DNA from: a virus
Taxonomy: Duplodnaviria; Caudoviricetes
Length of the DNA stretch: 55,119 nt
Strand: one strand, 5' to 3'
Virus record (IMG/VR): IMGVR_UViG_3300021368_001314
Coordinates: 1 to 55,119 of that record
Part shown: piece after piece, positions 8,825 to 18,020 of the stretch
Layout of the letters: the number at the start of each line of letters is the position of its first letter
Numbering within the stretch: position 1 is the stretch's first letter
Program-made: the position numbers and the translations under genes
The notes under the pieces: model-generated
What the model was told of the DNA's origin: nothing
Database searches by the model: none
Seen by the model: only the letters and a program-made list of their open reading frames with translations

Positions 8825-8858
8825 AACGCTTGTGTAGCAGAATAGTAGTCTTTTTATA
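8825..8858 (+). promoter_or_regulatory. Class II promoter, copy 3 (variant AACGCTTGTGTAGCAGAAT), abutting an ACCCTACAAAA
   Basis: Motif 8825, TTTTTATA 8851, ATG 8881. Confidence 0.75.
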
Positions 8859-8880
8859 GTAGTAGTTTTTCGTGGTAAAT

Positions 8881-9300
8881 ATGCAGTTCGGTATTGATAT
8901 TAAAAAATCAAAAATGATTGGAGACTACGTTGTTTACAATAGCAAAGATAGAGAAAAGTTTAGAGAAATTAAAAAGGGAGATATTTTTTATATGGCTCAA
9001 GATAGAGTTAGAGTTTTGGCAAAAGTACATAAAGTTGAGTGGCGTTATGAAAATGGTAAAGAGTTTTATTGGTTTCCTATGAAATATATAGCGAGAAGAG
9101 ATTTACAAACAGGCGAAGTTAAAAGATGGAGTGAGGATAAAGATGGTTTTCTTTTTAGTTATTCTTGTAATCAAGAAACAGGTATTCAAAGACATTTGCC
9201 GGTTCGCTCTTGGGGATTTAAGATAGAATCCGAAAATCTAGATGGTTATCTAGATGCTTTTCAAGAAATGGCTACGCTGGACGCTTGCGAAGCAGAATGA
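8881..9300 (+). CDS. Hypothetical protein (ends DACEAE)
   Basis: Leaderless ATG 30 bp after TATA. Confidence 0.7.
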   Translation: MQFGIDIKKSKMIGDYVVYNSKDREKFREIKKGDIFYMAQDRVRVLAKVHKVEWRYENGKEFYWFPMKYIARRDLQTGEVKRWSEDKDGFLFSYSCNQETGIQRHLPVRSWGFKIESENLDGYLDAFQEMATLDACEAE

Positions 9301-9313
9301 CAATGCTTAAATA
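9280..9313 (+). promoter_or_regulatory. Class II promoter, copy 4
   Basis: Motif 9280, CTTAAATA 9306. Confidence 0.8.
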
Positions 9314-9349
9314 GTAGTGCTAATATGGATATATATAGGAGAAAAACAC

Positions 9350-9592
9350 ATGAGATTAAAAAGATTTTTAGATAGAAATAAAGGCGTGAATGTTTATGAT
9401 TTTATTTATGATACATATCGTGAATGGGAAAATAAGGATTTCCATACTTTTACCGAAATTATGGAATATGAACTAGGGGTAAAATCTGATAAAGTTTACG
9501 ATTTTTATGAAAAGTATGCTGAAAACGATTTTGATGAGTTTATATTAAGGATATTAAATAGAGCATATAAGGAGATGTTAGAAAATGTATAG
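9350..9592 (+). CDS. Hypothetical protein
   Basis: AGGAGA RBS. Confidence 0.6.
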   Translation: MRLKRFLDRNKGVNVYDFIYDTYREWENKDFHTFTEIMEYELGVKSDKVYDFYEKYAENDFDEFILRILNRAYKEMLENV

Positions 9593-9998
9593 TGGAATAT
9601 GGATTAGAGATAAAGATTTAGATAAAACCGTAGTACGTTGTGAGGGTGGTATCAGAGATATTACAAGTGCAAAGATAAAGTTTAAGATTTATCAACATCA
9701 AGATTGGTGGCTTGATAAATATGACGGATTTAATTTAGGGGAAGAGTTTTATTTATGGTTAGAAAATCTTGCTGATAATACAAGACCAATATATCATGCT
9801 CCAAATCCCTTTGGACTTGCGGTTGCTTATCATGTAGGTATCTATGAGAATGAACAATTTGAAGTTAGGATTGAGGTAGAAAAAAATATAGAGAGAGAAT
9901 CAGATTCACATTGGTTAAAAAAGTGGGGCGGAAAATTACAAAAGCCCCTCGGCACACCAACAGTTTCGACGCTTGCGAAGCAGAATCAAAAGGTTTAA
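9585..9998 (+). CDS. Hypothetical protein
   Basis: AGGAGA RBS; reads through the motif (TLAKQNQ). Confidence 0.6.
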   Translation: MYSGIWIRDKDLDKTVVRCEGGIRDITSAKIKFKIYQHQDWWLDKYDGFNLGEEFYLWLENLADNTRPIYHAPNPFGLAVAYHVGIYENEQFEVRIEVEKNIERESDSHWLKKWGGKLQKPLGTPTVSTLAKQNQKV

Positions 9999-10001
9999 AT
10001 A
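9968..10001 (+). promoter_or_regulatory. Class II promoter, copy 5
   Basis: Motif 9968, TTTAAATA 9994, ATG 10023. Confidence 0.8.
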
Positions 10002-10138
10002 GTAGGGCGGAGATGGATATATATGAGCAAATACACACCGATAATAGATGATAGGTATATAAGAGAGTTCAATGAATTAATGAAAAAAGCGATAGAGAAA
10101 GTGGAACGCTTGAGAGAAAAAGATAAGGAGAAATAAAT

Positions 10139-10378
10139 ATGACAAAGACACCGATAGAAGCATTACAAGATTTTGATTTTACAGTCAAAACAGGATTGAC
10201 GCTATACTTTGAACCAAACCCACATAGAGGATGGACTTCTGATAATATAAACAGAATGATGCAAGAAAAAATAGAAAGTGGAGAAATTGACCCGAAAGTT
10301 TTGAAAATAAAACATACAGAGAATCCGGCTGTTCGTATAAAAAAGTGTCATAATTTGTTGAGGGAGATGGGATTATGA
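10139..10378 (+). CDS. Hypothetical protein
   Basis: AAGGAGA RBS. Confidence 0.6.
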   Translation: MTKTPIEALQDFDFTVKTGLTLYFEPNPHRGWTSDNINRMMQEKIESGEIDPKVLKIKHTENPAVRIKKCHNLLREMGL

Positions 10379-10417
10379 AGTATGACCCAAACGCACCTTT
10401 AATTAGAGAAGAATTAT

Positions 10418-10451
10418 TACGCTTGCGAAGCAGAATCGTAAGACTTAAAAA
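10418..10451 (+). promoter_or_regulatory. Class II promoter, copy 6
   Basis: Motif 10418, CTTAAAAA 10444, GTG 10474. Confidence 0.8.
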
Positions 10452-10473
10452 GGATGACTAATTAGTTAGTTTT

Positions 10474-11550
10474 GTGGGAGAAGTAACCCACACTAAAAAA
10501 ACATTCGCAAAAAAACAAAAAGGAGAAAATAAAAAAAAAATGGAAGTGAAAAAAATGAGTAACGGAATGAGAGGAATGTTGGGTGCATATGCCCGATTTG
10601 GAAAAGAAGCACAAGGAACGACTGTGAAAGAGGTTTTGCGTAATGCAAATGCCGATTTCAATATTGGTATGGAATCAGTCTATACTAAAGATGGGAAGGT
10701 TATACCTAACCAATTTAGGACATTTAGAGAAGATACCGATGAAACTTTTGGTGTTGTAAAAGGCACATACAAAGTTATGCAAAATGAAAGATTGTTAAAT
10801 ATATCTGACGATTTGGTAAAAAGAGGCGTAGTAGATTGGGATAGGATTGGACTTGTAGATAACGGTAGAAAAATCGTAGCATCTTTTAAGATGCCGGAAG
10901 GATTCTCTATCGGTGGAATGGATGATGTAGACCAATATATCATGCTCCAAAATACAAATGACGGTTCGGGTGGAATACGTATTTTACCCTCAAATGTAAG
11001 AGTTACTTGCAGTAATCAATTTACATATATGCAAAGTCTGTTGAATAAAATGGGTATCAATAAAAATGCTCTAACTATCAGACATTCAGCACGTCAAGAA
11101 GATAGGATTGCACAATTGGTAGAGGCTCTAAAAATTGTAGACCATCTAAATCAGACATTCATGGAAACAGCAACGGAGTTAATCAATGTTGAAATGTCTC
11201 AAGATGACAGAATTAATTTTTACATAGATACTTTAGGGCTAAAACAAAATGAAGATATGATGAAGGGTGGCAAAGATTATGATGCTAACAATCCTTACGG
11301 ATTAGGTACTAGAGGTCAAAATACTCTTGATACTTTGTTGGAATTAGAGAAGGCTGATACAAATACCTTGAACGGTATGGAAAATAGTGCTTGGGCTGCT
11401 TTCAATGTGGCTACGGAATATATTGACCATGCATGGAGTCATACCAAAGATGGAAAATCCAGCGATAGCAAAGTAGAATCAGCAATCGTAGGAGCAGGTG
11501 CAAGAATGAAGTCAAACGCTTGGGAGACTATCACGGAGATGTACGCCTAA
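10474..11550 (+). CDS. DUF932/DUF945-family phage/plasmid protein
   Basis: FGVVKGTYKVMQNE, NTNDGSGG, RVTCSNQ, IRHS, AWAAFNVATEYIDH; alternative start ATG 10540. Confidence 0.8.
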   Translation: MGEVTHTKKTFAKKQKGENKKKMEVKKMSNGMRGMLGAYARFGKEAQGTTVKEVLRNANADFNIGMESVYTKDGKVIPNQFRTFREDTDETFGVVKGTYKVMQNERLLNISDDLVKRGVVDWDRIGLVDNGRKIVASFKMPEGFSIGGMDDVDQYIMLQNTNDGSGGIRILPSNVRVTCSNQFTYMQSLLNKMGINKNALTIRHSARQEDRIAQLVEALKIVDHLNQTFMETATELINVEMSQDDRINFYIDTLGLKQNEDMMKGGKDYDANNPYGLGTRGQNTLDTLLELEKADTNTLNGMENSAWAAFNVATEYIDHAWSHTKDGKSSDSKVESAIVGAGARMKSNAWETITEMYA

Positions 11551-11564
11551 GATTTATCGTAAAA

Positions 11565-11607
11565 GTAAGTAGGGGGGTAGTACCCTCTACTTACGCCTTC
11601 GGGCGTA
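11565..11607 (+). terminator. Two adjacent stem-loops, the second with a C(UUCG)G tetraloop
   Basis: GTAAGTAGGGGG...CCCTCTACTTAC and TACGCC-TTCG-GGCGTA. Confidence 0.6.
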
Positions 11608-11614
11608 GCCTATC

Positions 11615-11659
11615 TTTTGTAGGGTAACGCTTGCGAGGCAGAATGAATAGATTTAAGTA
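11615..11659 (+). promoter_or_regulatory. Class II promoter, copy 7, directly preceded by an inverted CCCTACAAAA
   Basis: TTTTGTAGGGT 11615, AACGCTTGCGAGGCAGAAT 11626, TTTAAGTA 11652, ATG 11682. Confidence 0.8.
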
Positions 11660-11681
11660 AAAAGAAAAAGGAGAGAGATAT

Positions 11682-12095
11682 ATGGGTAGAGCAAGATACG
11701 GAAAAACCGGAGAAATATGCAAAAGACAAAACGGAAAAATGATGATAACTTGTAGGCCAACACCTACGATTTTAGATGATAAAGATATAGCCATGTTTTT
11801 AGGCTATCTTTGTAATGTACAAAGTCATTATAGTGACTACGGAGAACAAATTAGTTATGAAGATGGTAAACAAAAAATACATGATTGGCAATATAATACA
11901 GGTGCAGTTACACCTTTGACAAAGAAATTAATTATGGGTTATCTAGAAAGTAATTATTACTTAGCACAATTTGAAGAAGGTACTGATATGTTTGAGTTCT
12001 ATGATTCAGAGAATGGTTCACATAGAGCATTACTAGAAAAAGTACATGAGATATTCCCTTCTTTTGTGGTAAAAGAAACTGAGGTGATTGCATGA
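11682..12095 (+). CDS. Hypothetical protein
   Basis: ATG 30 bp after TATA. Confidence 0.65.
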   Translation: MGRARYGKTGEICKRQNGKMMITCRPTPTILDDKDIAMFLGYLCNVQSHYSDYGEQISYEDGKQKIHDWQYNTGAVTPLTKKLIMGYLESNYYLAQFEEGTDMFEFYDSENGSHRALLEKVHEIFPSFVVKETEVIA

Positions 12096-12349
12096 GTAAT
12101 CCTTACAGAGTCAAAGTTTATCCTATGGCCGCAAATCAGTTTAGGATATTTCATGGTGATAAGATAACATTTCAATCATACAATCATACAATATGCACCA
12201 AAATTGGAGATAGAGTAATTTTACATGAGCCATATTGGAATATGTATTCGGCAACCACTAACAAATATTTACTAAGATTCTTAGAAGAAGATTCAATTAA
12301 TACTATTAGGGCAAAAGTAAAATCGGGAGAATATGAGGTGATTGCGTGA
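12092..12349 (+). CDS. Conserved phage-type hypothetical protein (FQSYN...YSATTNKY)
   Basis: GAGGTGA RBS, ATGA overlap. Confidence 0.65.
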   Translation: MSNPYRVKVYPMAANQFRIFHGDKITFQSYNHTICTKIGDRVILHEPYWNMYSATTNKYLLRFLEEDSINTIRAKVKSGEYEVIA

Positions 12350-12558
12350 GTTTAACATTAAATGATATAATCAGTTTTACATTTAAGGAAAGAGAAAAAG
12401 ATAAATATAGTTTTGATTGGCTATATGATTATCCTATTACAGTCGCTTACAAAGATAAAGATGGAGTAACCGTTTTATCAGATATTACGAGTATTTGCTT
12501 TAACGGTAAAAGTTTTCAATTGAATGAAGAAGAGTTTGACAAAGAGGTGAATGCTTAA
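12346..12558 (+). CDS. Hypothetical protein
   Basis: GAGGTGA RBS, overlap. Confidence 0.6.
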   Translation: MSLTLNDIISFTFKEREKDKYSFDWLYDYPITVAYKDKDGVTVLSDITSICFNGKSFQLNEEEFDKEVNA

Positions 12559-12920
12559 TGGCTAATTTGAATATTATTACCAAGCAAGTTATCTCTTGGA
12601 TAAATGAATCTAATACGGATTTTAATTTAGAGTTAGGAGAAAAGAAACTTTACTTAGTTGTAGAATGGACTGATGGTGCATCACTTTTTATAGAAGATTA
12701 TTTTAATTTTATGAATGAATTGATTATGGTTTATTGTGATTTAGATGAAGATACTGATGAGGAAAAAGTAATTTGGTTTAACAAACTATTCGGAATCGGT
12801 AGTGAATGGTATAATTTAGCAAAAGAACAGTTATTAGATAATCTCTTCTCTGCGGTTGCTGACGCTTGCGACACAGAATCGGTAGACTTAAATAAAATGG
12901 AAAATGAGGTGAATATATGA
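12558..12920 (+). CDS. Hypothetical acidic protein (contains DACDTE)
   Basis: GAGGTGA RBS. Confidence 0.6.
   Translation: MANLNIITKQVISWINESNTDFNLELGEKKLYLVVEWTDGASLFIEDYFNFMNELIMVYCDLDEDTDEEKVIWFNKLFGIGSEWYNLAKEQLLDNLFSAVADACDTESVDLNKMENEVNI
12861..12894 (+). promoter_or_regulatory. Class II promoter, copy 8
   Basis: GACGCTTGCGACACAGAAT 12861, CTTAAATA 12887, ATG 12917. Confidence 0.8.
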
Positions 12921-13159
12921 GAAATACATCAATAAATGCACATGATATAAAAGAAATAAGATTAGTATATGGAGATACGGAAGATGGTTTAGGCCACCTA
13001 CTTAGAGTTATAATTGTTAATAACGATGACTCAACTGATGACATTTCCCTTTTCGGAGCGAAAAATAGTATTAGAATACCCGTAAAACTAGATGAAAAAA
13101 TTATGACTACAAGACATAATATTAGTTTTATCGGAGATGTAAAAGAGGAAGAGGAATAA
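12917..13159 (+). CDS. Hypothetical protein
   Basis: ATG 30 bp after TATA. Confidence 0.6.
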   Translation: MRNTSINAHDIKEIRLVYGDTEDGLGHLLRVIIVNNDDSTDDISLFGAKNSIRIPVKLDEKIMTTRHNISFIGDVKEEEE

Positions 13160-13161
13160 AT

Positions 13162-13500
13162 ATGGCACTAAAAGATACACTAACTAATTTGCATAAGTAT
13201 TATGAAGAGATAGAGACATTATACGGTGAACACGACTTTAACCCTAATATTTCTTTTGCTAAAACTTACGCTAAAAATACTGTTTGGGCTGCTTTTTATA
13301 CAGCAGCGAGAGAGATAGGTATGCCCGAAGATATGGCTAAACAATTTATTGATTCAAAGTGGTTTAGACACAATGAAGAAGAAATATACCAACAACTTAC
13401 AGCGACATTATTTACAATGCTTTGGTGTGATGCATCTTTTGTTGATAACACACAGTTTAGTAAATTAGAGCCTTACATTGATAGAGGGGATGTAGAATGA
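13162..13500 (+). CDS. Hypothetical protein
   Basis: Operon packing, GAGG RBS. Confidence 0.6.
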   Translation: MALKDTLTNLHKYYEEIETLYGEHDFNPNISFAKTYAKNTVWAAFYTAAREIGMPEDMAKQFIDSKWFRHNEEEIYQQLTATLFTMLWCDASFVDNTQFSKLEPYIDRGDVE

Positions 13501-13612
13501 TTGCAGATAGTTTTAAGGAAATAATAAATGATGAAATGATGGTATTGATATTAACTCAAGTTATTTTTGGGGTAATATCATTAGGGGTATTAGTTGCTGC
13601 GGTTGTGATATT

Positions 13613-13795
13613 ATGAGTCAAAAAATGCACGTTAGAGATAAATTGAGAGGTGCTTTAGACCATTTAGAAAGTGCCTGTAACCTTCTTCTTTCAGCGAGAA
13701 ATGAGGCGGAAATAACAAGTAAAAGTTACGCTAGACTTAACAATGATATTGCAGATGTAGAATGGCAAATAAAATATTTATTAGGAGATGAGTAA
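13613..13795 (+). CDS. Small helical hypothetical protein
   Basis: Abuts the next gene. Confidence 0.5.
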   Translation: MSQKMHVRDKLRGALDHLESACNLLLSARNEAEITSKSYARLNNDIADVEWQIKYLLGDE

Positions 13796-14419
13796 ATGAA
13801 GATACCAAGTTATTACGAATACAAGTACTATGTAGGCGACCCTTGTTATGTTATAGATGATAATAGATGGGATGAGTTTTGTGAGGCTCTATGGGCTAAT
13901 GAACACGACAATGCAGTAGATGTAGCAAAATACAAAAAGATACCTATAAATGAGGTACGACACGAAGATAAATATCCCGTTCATATTGAGTGGGACGTAG
14001 ACGGTATAATTTACAATATAGAAGTATGGAATAGCCCTTTTGGAGATGGTACTTGGAAGTTTAGTAATACCGTAAAAAAAATGCGTGGTTGGATTGCAGG
14101 TACGGAAATGGGAGTTGATGCAGGTTTATTGGCTATTGTGCCTTATGGTGCTATTTCTAATAACAGTACTTGTATAGATAAAGATAACGTAAAAGTAATA
14201 TCTGATTTAGGTATCATATTTACACATGAACCATACTTACAAACAGGTGAATACATTACAGGTAATGTTAGATTGAATGACAACGACGAAGATAATGTAA
14301 TCTATTGTGATAATTGCGGTGAAGAAACACACGACAGCGATTTAATGTGGTGCGAATATGGTAACTGTATTGGTTGTTGGACTTGTTATGAATGTGAATG
14401 TGAGGATGAGGAAGAATGA
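13796..14419 (+). CDS. DUF4241-like protein with C-terminal Cys cluster
   Basis: YVGDPCY and GVDAGLLAIV motifs; CDNC/CEYGNC/CWTC/CEC tail. Confidence 0.5.
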   Translation: MKIPSYYEYKYYVGDPCYVIDDNRWDEFCEALWANEHDNAVDVAKYKKIPINEVRHEDKYPVHIEWDVDGIIYNIEVWNSPFGDGTWKFSNTVKKMRGWIAGTEMGVDAGLLAIVPYGAISNNSTCIDKDNVKVISDLGIIFTHEPYLQTGEYITGNVRLNDNDEDNVIYCDNCGEETHDSDLMWCEYGNCIGCWTCYECECEDEEE

Positions 14420-14790
14420 GTAGTAGGCGACCTAGAAAAATCATAGTTGATTTCTGTTACAGATACATTAGAGATAACGGAAAACAAACTTCTAGTGATT
14501 TGCTTAAAGCATATTACGAACAAGATTTAACTACGAAAAAAATCGGTCTTTGTACACAAAGAGAATTATCACAGACACTAACAAAAGATAGACTTTTCTT
14601 TAAGGTAAAAGAAGATTCTAAAACAGTAAAGTATGATATTAATGATGTGCATGAGGTAGCGAAGAAATTGGCTTCACTAACACATATTAGAGCGACCCCT
14701 GCTCAGATGCCTAAGATACTTAGGGATGCATATATTGACGCTTGCGAAGCACAATCAACAGACTTAAATAGAATGAGCGAGAGGGTATAA
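14416..14790 (+). CDS. Winged-helix-like DNA-binding protein (contains DACEAQ)
   Basis: QTSSDLL...TQRELSQTL...LF pattern shared with other small ORFs. Confidence 0.5.
   Translation: MSSRRPRKIIVDFCYRYIRDNGKQTSSDLLKAYYEQDLTTKKIGLCTQRELSQTLTKDRLFFKVKEDSKTVKYDINDVHEVAKKLASLTHIRATPAQMPKILRDAYIDACEAQSTDLNRMSERV
14737..14770 (+). promoter_or_regulatory. Class II promoter, copy 9
   Basis: Motif 14737, CTTAAATA 14763, ATG 14792. Confidence 0.8.
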
Positions 14791-14949
14791 TATGAGTAAA
14801 ACAGTAGAAGTAAAGATGAGAGTATTAGATTGGACATGGTGCGACGGAGACGAAGAGTGTTTCGTTACACTAGAATACAGCGATTGCCTACAAACAAAAC
14901 CACTTATTTATAGGGGAATTGTAAGTATAGAAGATGTGAGGGATTTACA

Positions 14950-15501
14950 ATGAATATATTTGTACTAAACCAAAACCCCGAATTAGCGGCTAGAGATTAC
15001 TGTAACAAACATCTACCAAAGATGTGTGTAGAGATGTTACAAATGCTAGGTTCGGCTGTCATTAGACACGGTGCTACACCCGACATGATGCCACTTACTA
15101 AGAAAGGTACGCCTCTCAAGGGTGGCTATCATAATCATCCTTGTACTCGATGGGTAGGAGACAGTAGAGACAATTATATTTGGACTGTACGCCATGCCCT
15201 AGAGATATGCAAAGAATATACAGACAAGTATAACAAGATTCATTTTTGCGAAGCAGGTATTCGCCATCTTTATTTTATGGCAAAACTAATTCCCGAAGGC
15301 GACCTTACACATTTTGCTCTTGCTATGCCCGATGAGTATAGGCCGGAAAATGTAGACGGTGAAGAAATTATCTATCATGCCGATGCAGAGGCAGCAGTAG
15401 ACGCTTACAGGCGTTATTATCATAGTAAAGAGTTTGCTCGATGGGATGGTCGCATCATGCCTTCATGGTGGAAAAGTTACAGATATGTGGGGTTAGAATA
15501 A
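14950..15501 (+). CDS. Pyrimidine-dimer DNA glycosylase / endonuclease V-like protein
   Basis: MNIFVL...A...CNKH..KM..E..QML, HNHPCTRW, AMPDEY, AVDAYRRYY signature. Confidence 0.75.
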   Translation: MNIFVLNQNPELAARDYCNKHLPKMCVEMLQMLGSAVIRHGATPDMMPLTKKGTPLKGGYHNHPCTRWVGDSRDNYIWTVRHALEICKEYTDKYNKIHFCEAGIRHLYFMAKLIPEGDLTHFALAMPDEYRPENVDGEEIIYHADAEAAVDAYRRYYHSKEFARWDGRIMPSWWKSYRYVGLE

Positions 15502-15675
15502 TATGAGAGAAGAAGCAAGTATATCAGAGGAAGATTTTGCAGAGTTGTGGGATTTGTGGTTTAGTATAATGCCTTTTCTTTCTACATTTTACGCATCAAA
15601 AAATCAGATAATTATAGACATTCTGTATAAGTTTAGAGATATAAATCACAAAAATAATTTAGGATTGGTGGAAGA

Positions 15676-16035
15676 ATGAAAATACCGGATATGTTTTACA
15701 ATCAAGGTTCTTTTAACGGTAAAAGTAACCCATACGAAGATATTTATCACCGTGTAGAAACAAGTGGATTTGCGGGTTGGACTAAACAAAATGGACAAGA
15801 TGTATTTGTGATAGAAGTTGGAGAACACAAGTGGGATTGCTGTTGTTCGGGATGCATAGATGATGAAACAGTTACAGAGCATTTAGAGTGGATTGATTGG
15901 TATGGAAGAAATTATGAATGGGAAGTTACACACCATAGAAATTGGAAGTATGAATGGGTAGATAAACTAGGGACAGGTAATCCCATGTGGTTTCCAAAGG
16001 ACTTTAACTTTACCAAAGGAGATGAAGAAGAGTGA
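15676..16035 (+). CDS. Hypothetical protein
   Basis: GGTGG RBS; acidic tail. Confidence 0.6.
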   Translation: MKIPDMFYNQGSFNGKSNPYEDIYHRVETSGFAGWTKQNGQDVFVIEVGEHKWDCCCSGCIDDETVTEHLEWIDWYGRNYEWEVTHHRNWKYEWVDKLGTGNPMWFPKDFNFTKGDEEE

Positions 16036-16059
16036 GTAGTTTTTTCTTAAATAAAAAAA

Positions 16060-16093
16060 GACGCTTGCGAAGCAAGAACGACAGACTTAAAAG
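16060..16093 (+). promoter_or_regulatory. Class II promoter, copy 10
   Basis: Motif 16060, CTTAAAAG 16086, ATG 16116. Confidence 0.8.
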
Positions 16094-16146
16094 GGATGAC
16101 GTTTTAGGTAGAAACATGGCGAGAGCCGACAAAGGAGATAACAGAA

Positions 16147-16341
16147 ATGAATAAAGAAAGATATGAAATGGAAATGGAAAGAGAAATATATCGCTCAATG
16201 CTAGATATGATAGACAATGGCGATATTGTAGAAGATATTACGGATGTAGCAACAAGAAAAAGAATATTGCACGTTAAAACTGTTCTACATAGTATGTTAA
16301 ACGCTAATGCGTTTATGTCCGTAACTAATGGAGAGGAATAA
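16147..16341 (+). CDS. Hypothetical protein
   Basis: AAGGAGA RBS. Confidence 0.55.
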   Translation: MNKERYEMEMEREIYRSMLDMIDNGDIVEDITDVATRKRILHVKTVLHSMLNANAFMSVTNGEE

Positions 16342-16342
16342 A

Positions 16343-16615
16343 ATGAATATAAATGATGAATTAAGAAAGATTAAAGAAGAAAGAAGAAATACAAATGAGG
16401 AATTAAGAAAGAATGCCCCTATACCAAAGGGTGAACATGACATCAGAGGTGTAGAGTTTGAGAATATACACAACGGTATTACGATGGAAATTGTAAGTAG
16501 TTGGGTTAGTGATAAAGGTATAGTCCTATGGACTTCCGATGCCGGAGATTTATACACAACTAGAGATATTAAAGCACATTGGATGATGGTAGGCGAAGAA
16601 CCACAAGGATGGTGA
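16343..16615 (+). CDS. Hypothetical protein
   Basis: GAGG RBS; packed after the previous stop. Confidence 0.55.
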   Translation: MNINDELRKIKEERRNTNEELRKNAPIPKGEHDIRGVEFENIHNGITMEIVSSWVSDKGIVLWTSDAGDLYTTRDIKAHWMMVGEEPQGW

Positions 16616-16787
16616 ATACATGACTACAATAACGGTAAAAGTAAGAATAGAAGTAGAAGAAGAAATAGAGATTGATGTAGAAAGCGATTTGATGCACGAA
16701 AGCATTGAAGAATACATGGATGGTGTAACGTCAAACTTACAAGACCATATACTTTTAGAAGATTATGCAGAATGGGAGTTGGTTTAG

Positions 16788-17018
16788 ATGAGTGACGATG
16801 CTATTATACAAAGACTAAATGCACTAATTGAAGAATTAGAGCAATTGAGAAAGGCTGATGAGGCTTGTGATTATGCCTTACATTACATATATGAAACGGA
16901 AAGCAGTTTGCCTAGCGAAATATGCATGAGTCATCATGCAGGTATGGAGATGGAAGAAGTACAATCCGAGATACAAGAAAGAATAACAGAATTAGAATAT
17001 AAAATAGGAGAGATATAA
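16788..17018 (+). CDS. Coiled-coil hypothetical protein
   Basis: Packed ORF. Confidence 0.55.
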   Translation: MSDDAIIQRLNALIEELEQLRKADEACDYALHYIYETESSLPSEICMSHHAGMEMEEVQSEIQERITELEYKIGEI

Positions 17019-17019
17019 A

Positions 17020-17301
17020 ATGAGTGAATTAAAAAGACATTATTGGTCGGAGACATTACTTTGTACTAGCGGAAAAGTAAAGATTGACAGAAGAGAGATT
17101 GCGGCAATAGTCGAAAGAGATTTAGTAAAATATTCAGAACTAGATATACACTTAAAGTCCGGTAGTATCTTTACCGTAAAAGAATATGACGTAAATACCA
17201 TAGCAAATCTCTATCTAATAGAGTCGCCACATGAAGAGGTGCAAACAGTACCTAATACTTTTACCATAAGAAAAGGTAAAGCACCGGAGAGTGAAGAGTA
17301 A
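17020..17301 (+). CDS. Hypothetical protein (small beta domain)
   Basis: AGGAGA RBS. Confidence 0.6.
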   Translation: MSELKRHYWSETLLCTSGKVKIDRREIAAIVERDLVKYSELDIHLKSGSIFTVKEYDVNTIANLYLIESPHEEVQTVPNTFTIRKGKAPESEE

Positions 17302-17714
17302 TGCCTAACAAGAGACAGAATGCAGCACGACTGTATCTATACAATAGAAAATACAAAGCACGTAGAAATTATACAGGGGAAGAGGAATGAGTTTTGGCGA
17401 CTTCAAATGTAATTGCGGTAAAAGAAAAATAGTTTACAAGAAACCTAAGTACCCTAATTATTGCGGTAAATGTATGGGGTGGTTCTAATACCTAAATTAC
17501 CACCTAAAGAAGATGACATGGGTTATACGGGTGATTTACCTAGTATGGCTACCAACATGAGAAATATGCAAAACCACCTTAAAAGAAAGATTAGAGTAGA
17601 TGAAATACATCCCGATAATGTAACCGACGAGGAAATGACAAACTTCTTGATTAGTTGTTTCGGTTTTAGTAGAGAGTATTGTGAAAAAGCAGTAGAAGAA
17701 TGGAGAGAAAAGTT

Positions 17715-18020
17715 ATGAGTGAAAAAGCAATTTATAATAAAGATATAAAAGGAATCGAATTAACCTATGAAGGACATTGTTTCATAGATTTGGATGCTTT
17801 ATTTGAAGGAGAAAAAAACCCATTTGCAGCAGATACAGTAAAACAATGGTGGGTTAAATACGGGAGATTACACGTAGAATTATATAATGGTATTATTATA
17901 GAAAAATGTGTGATTCATCATGTAGTAGATGCCTACGATAACTTAGACACAAAGTGGCCTACTACTATCATGGTAGAAGATAGAGAAGGTAATTTCCACA
18001 GGAGAGAAGTCCATGAGTAG
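17715..18020 (+). CDS. Hypothetical protein
   Basis: GGAGA RBS; ATGA overlap. Confidence 0.55.
   Translation: MSEKAIYNKDIKGIELTYEGHCFIDLDALFEGEKNPFAADTVKQWWVKYGRLHVELYNGIIIEKCVIHHVVDAYDNLDTKWPTTIMVEDREGNFHRREVHE

Noticed and set aside
15246-15257. TTGCGAAGCA inside the glycosylase gene as a 13th class II motif
   Set aside because: Lacks the 5' ACGC and a TATA at +26; explained by codons FCEA.
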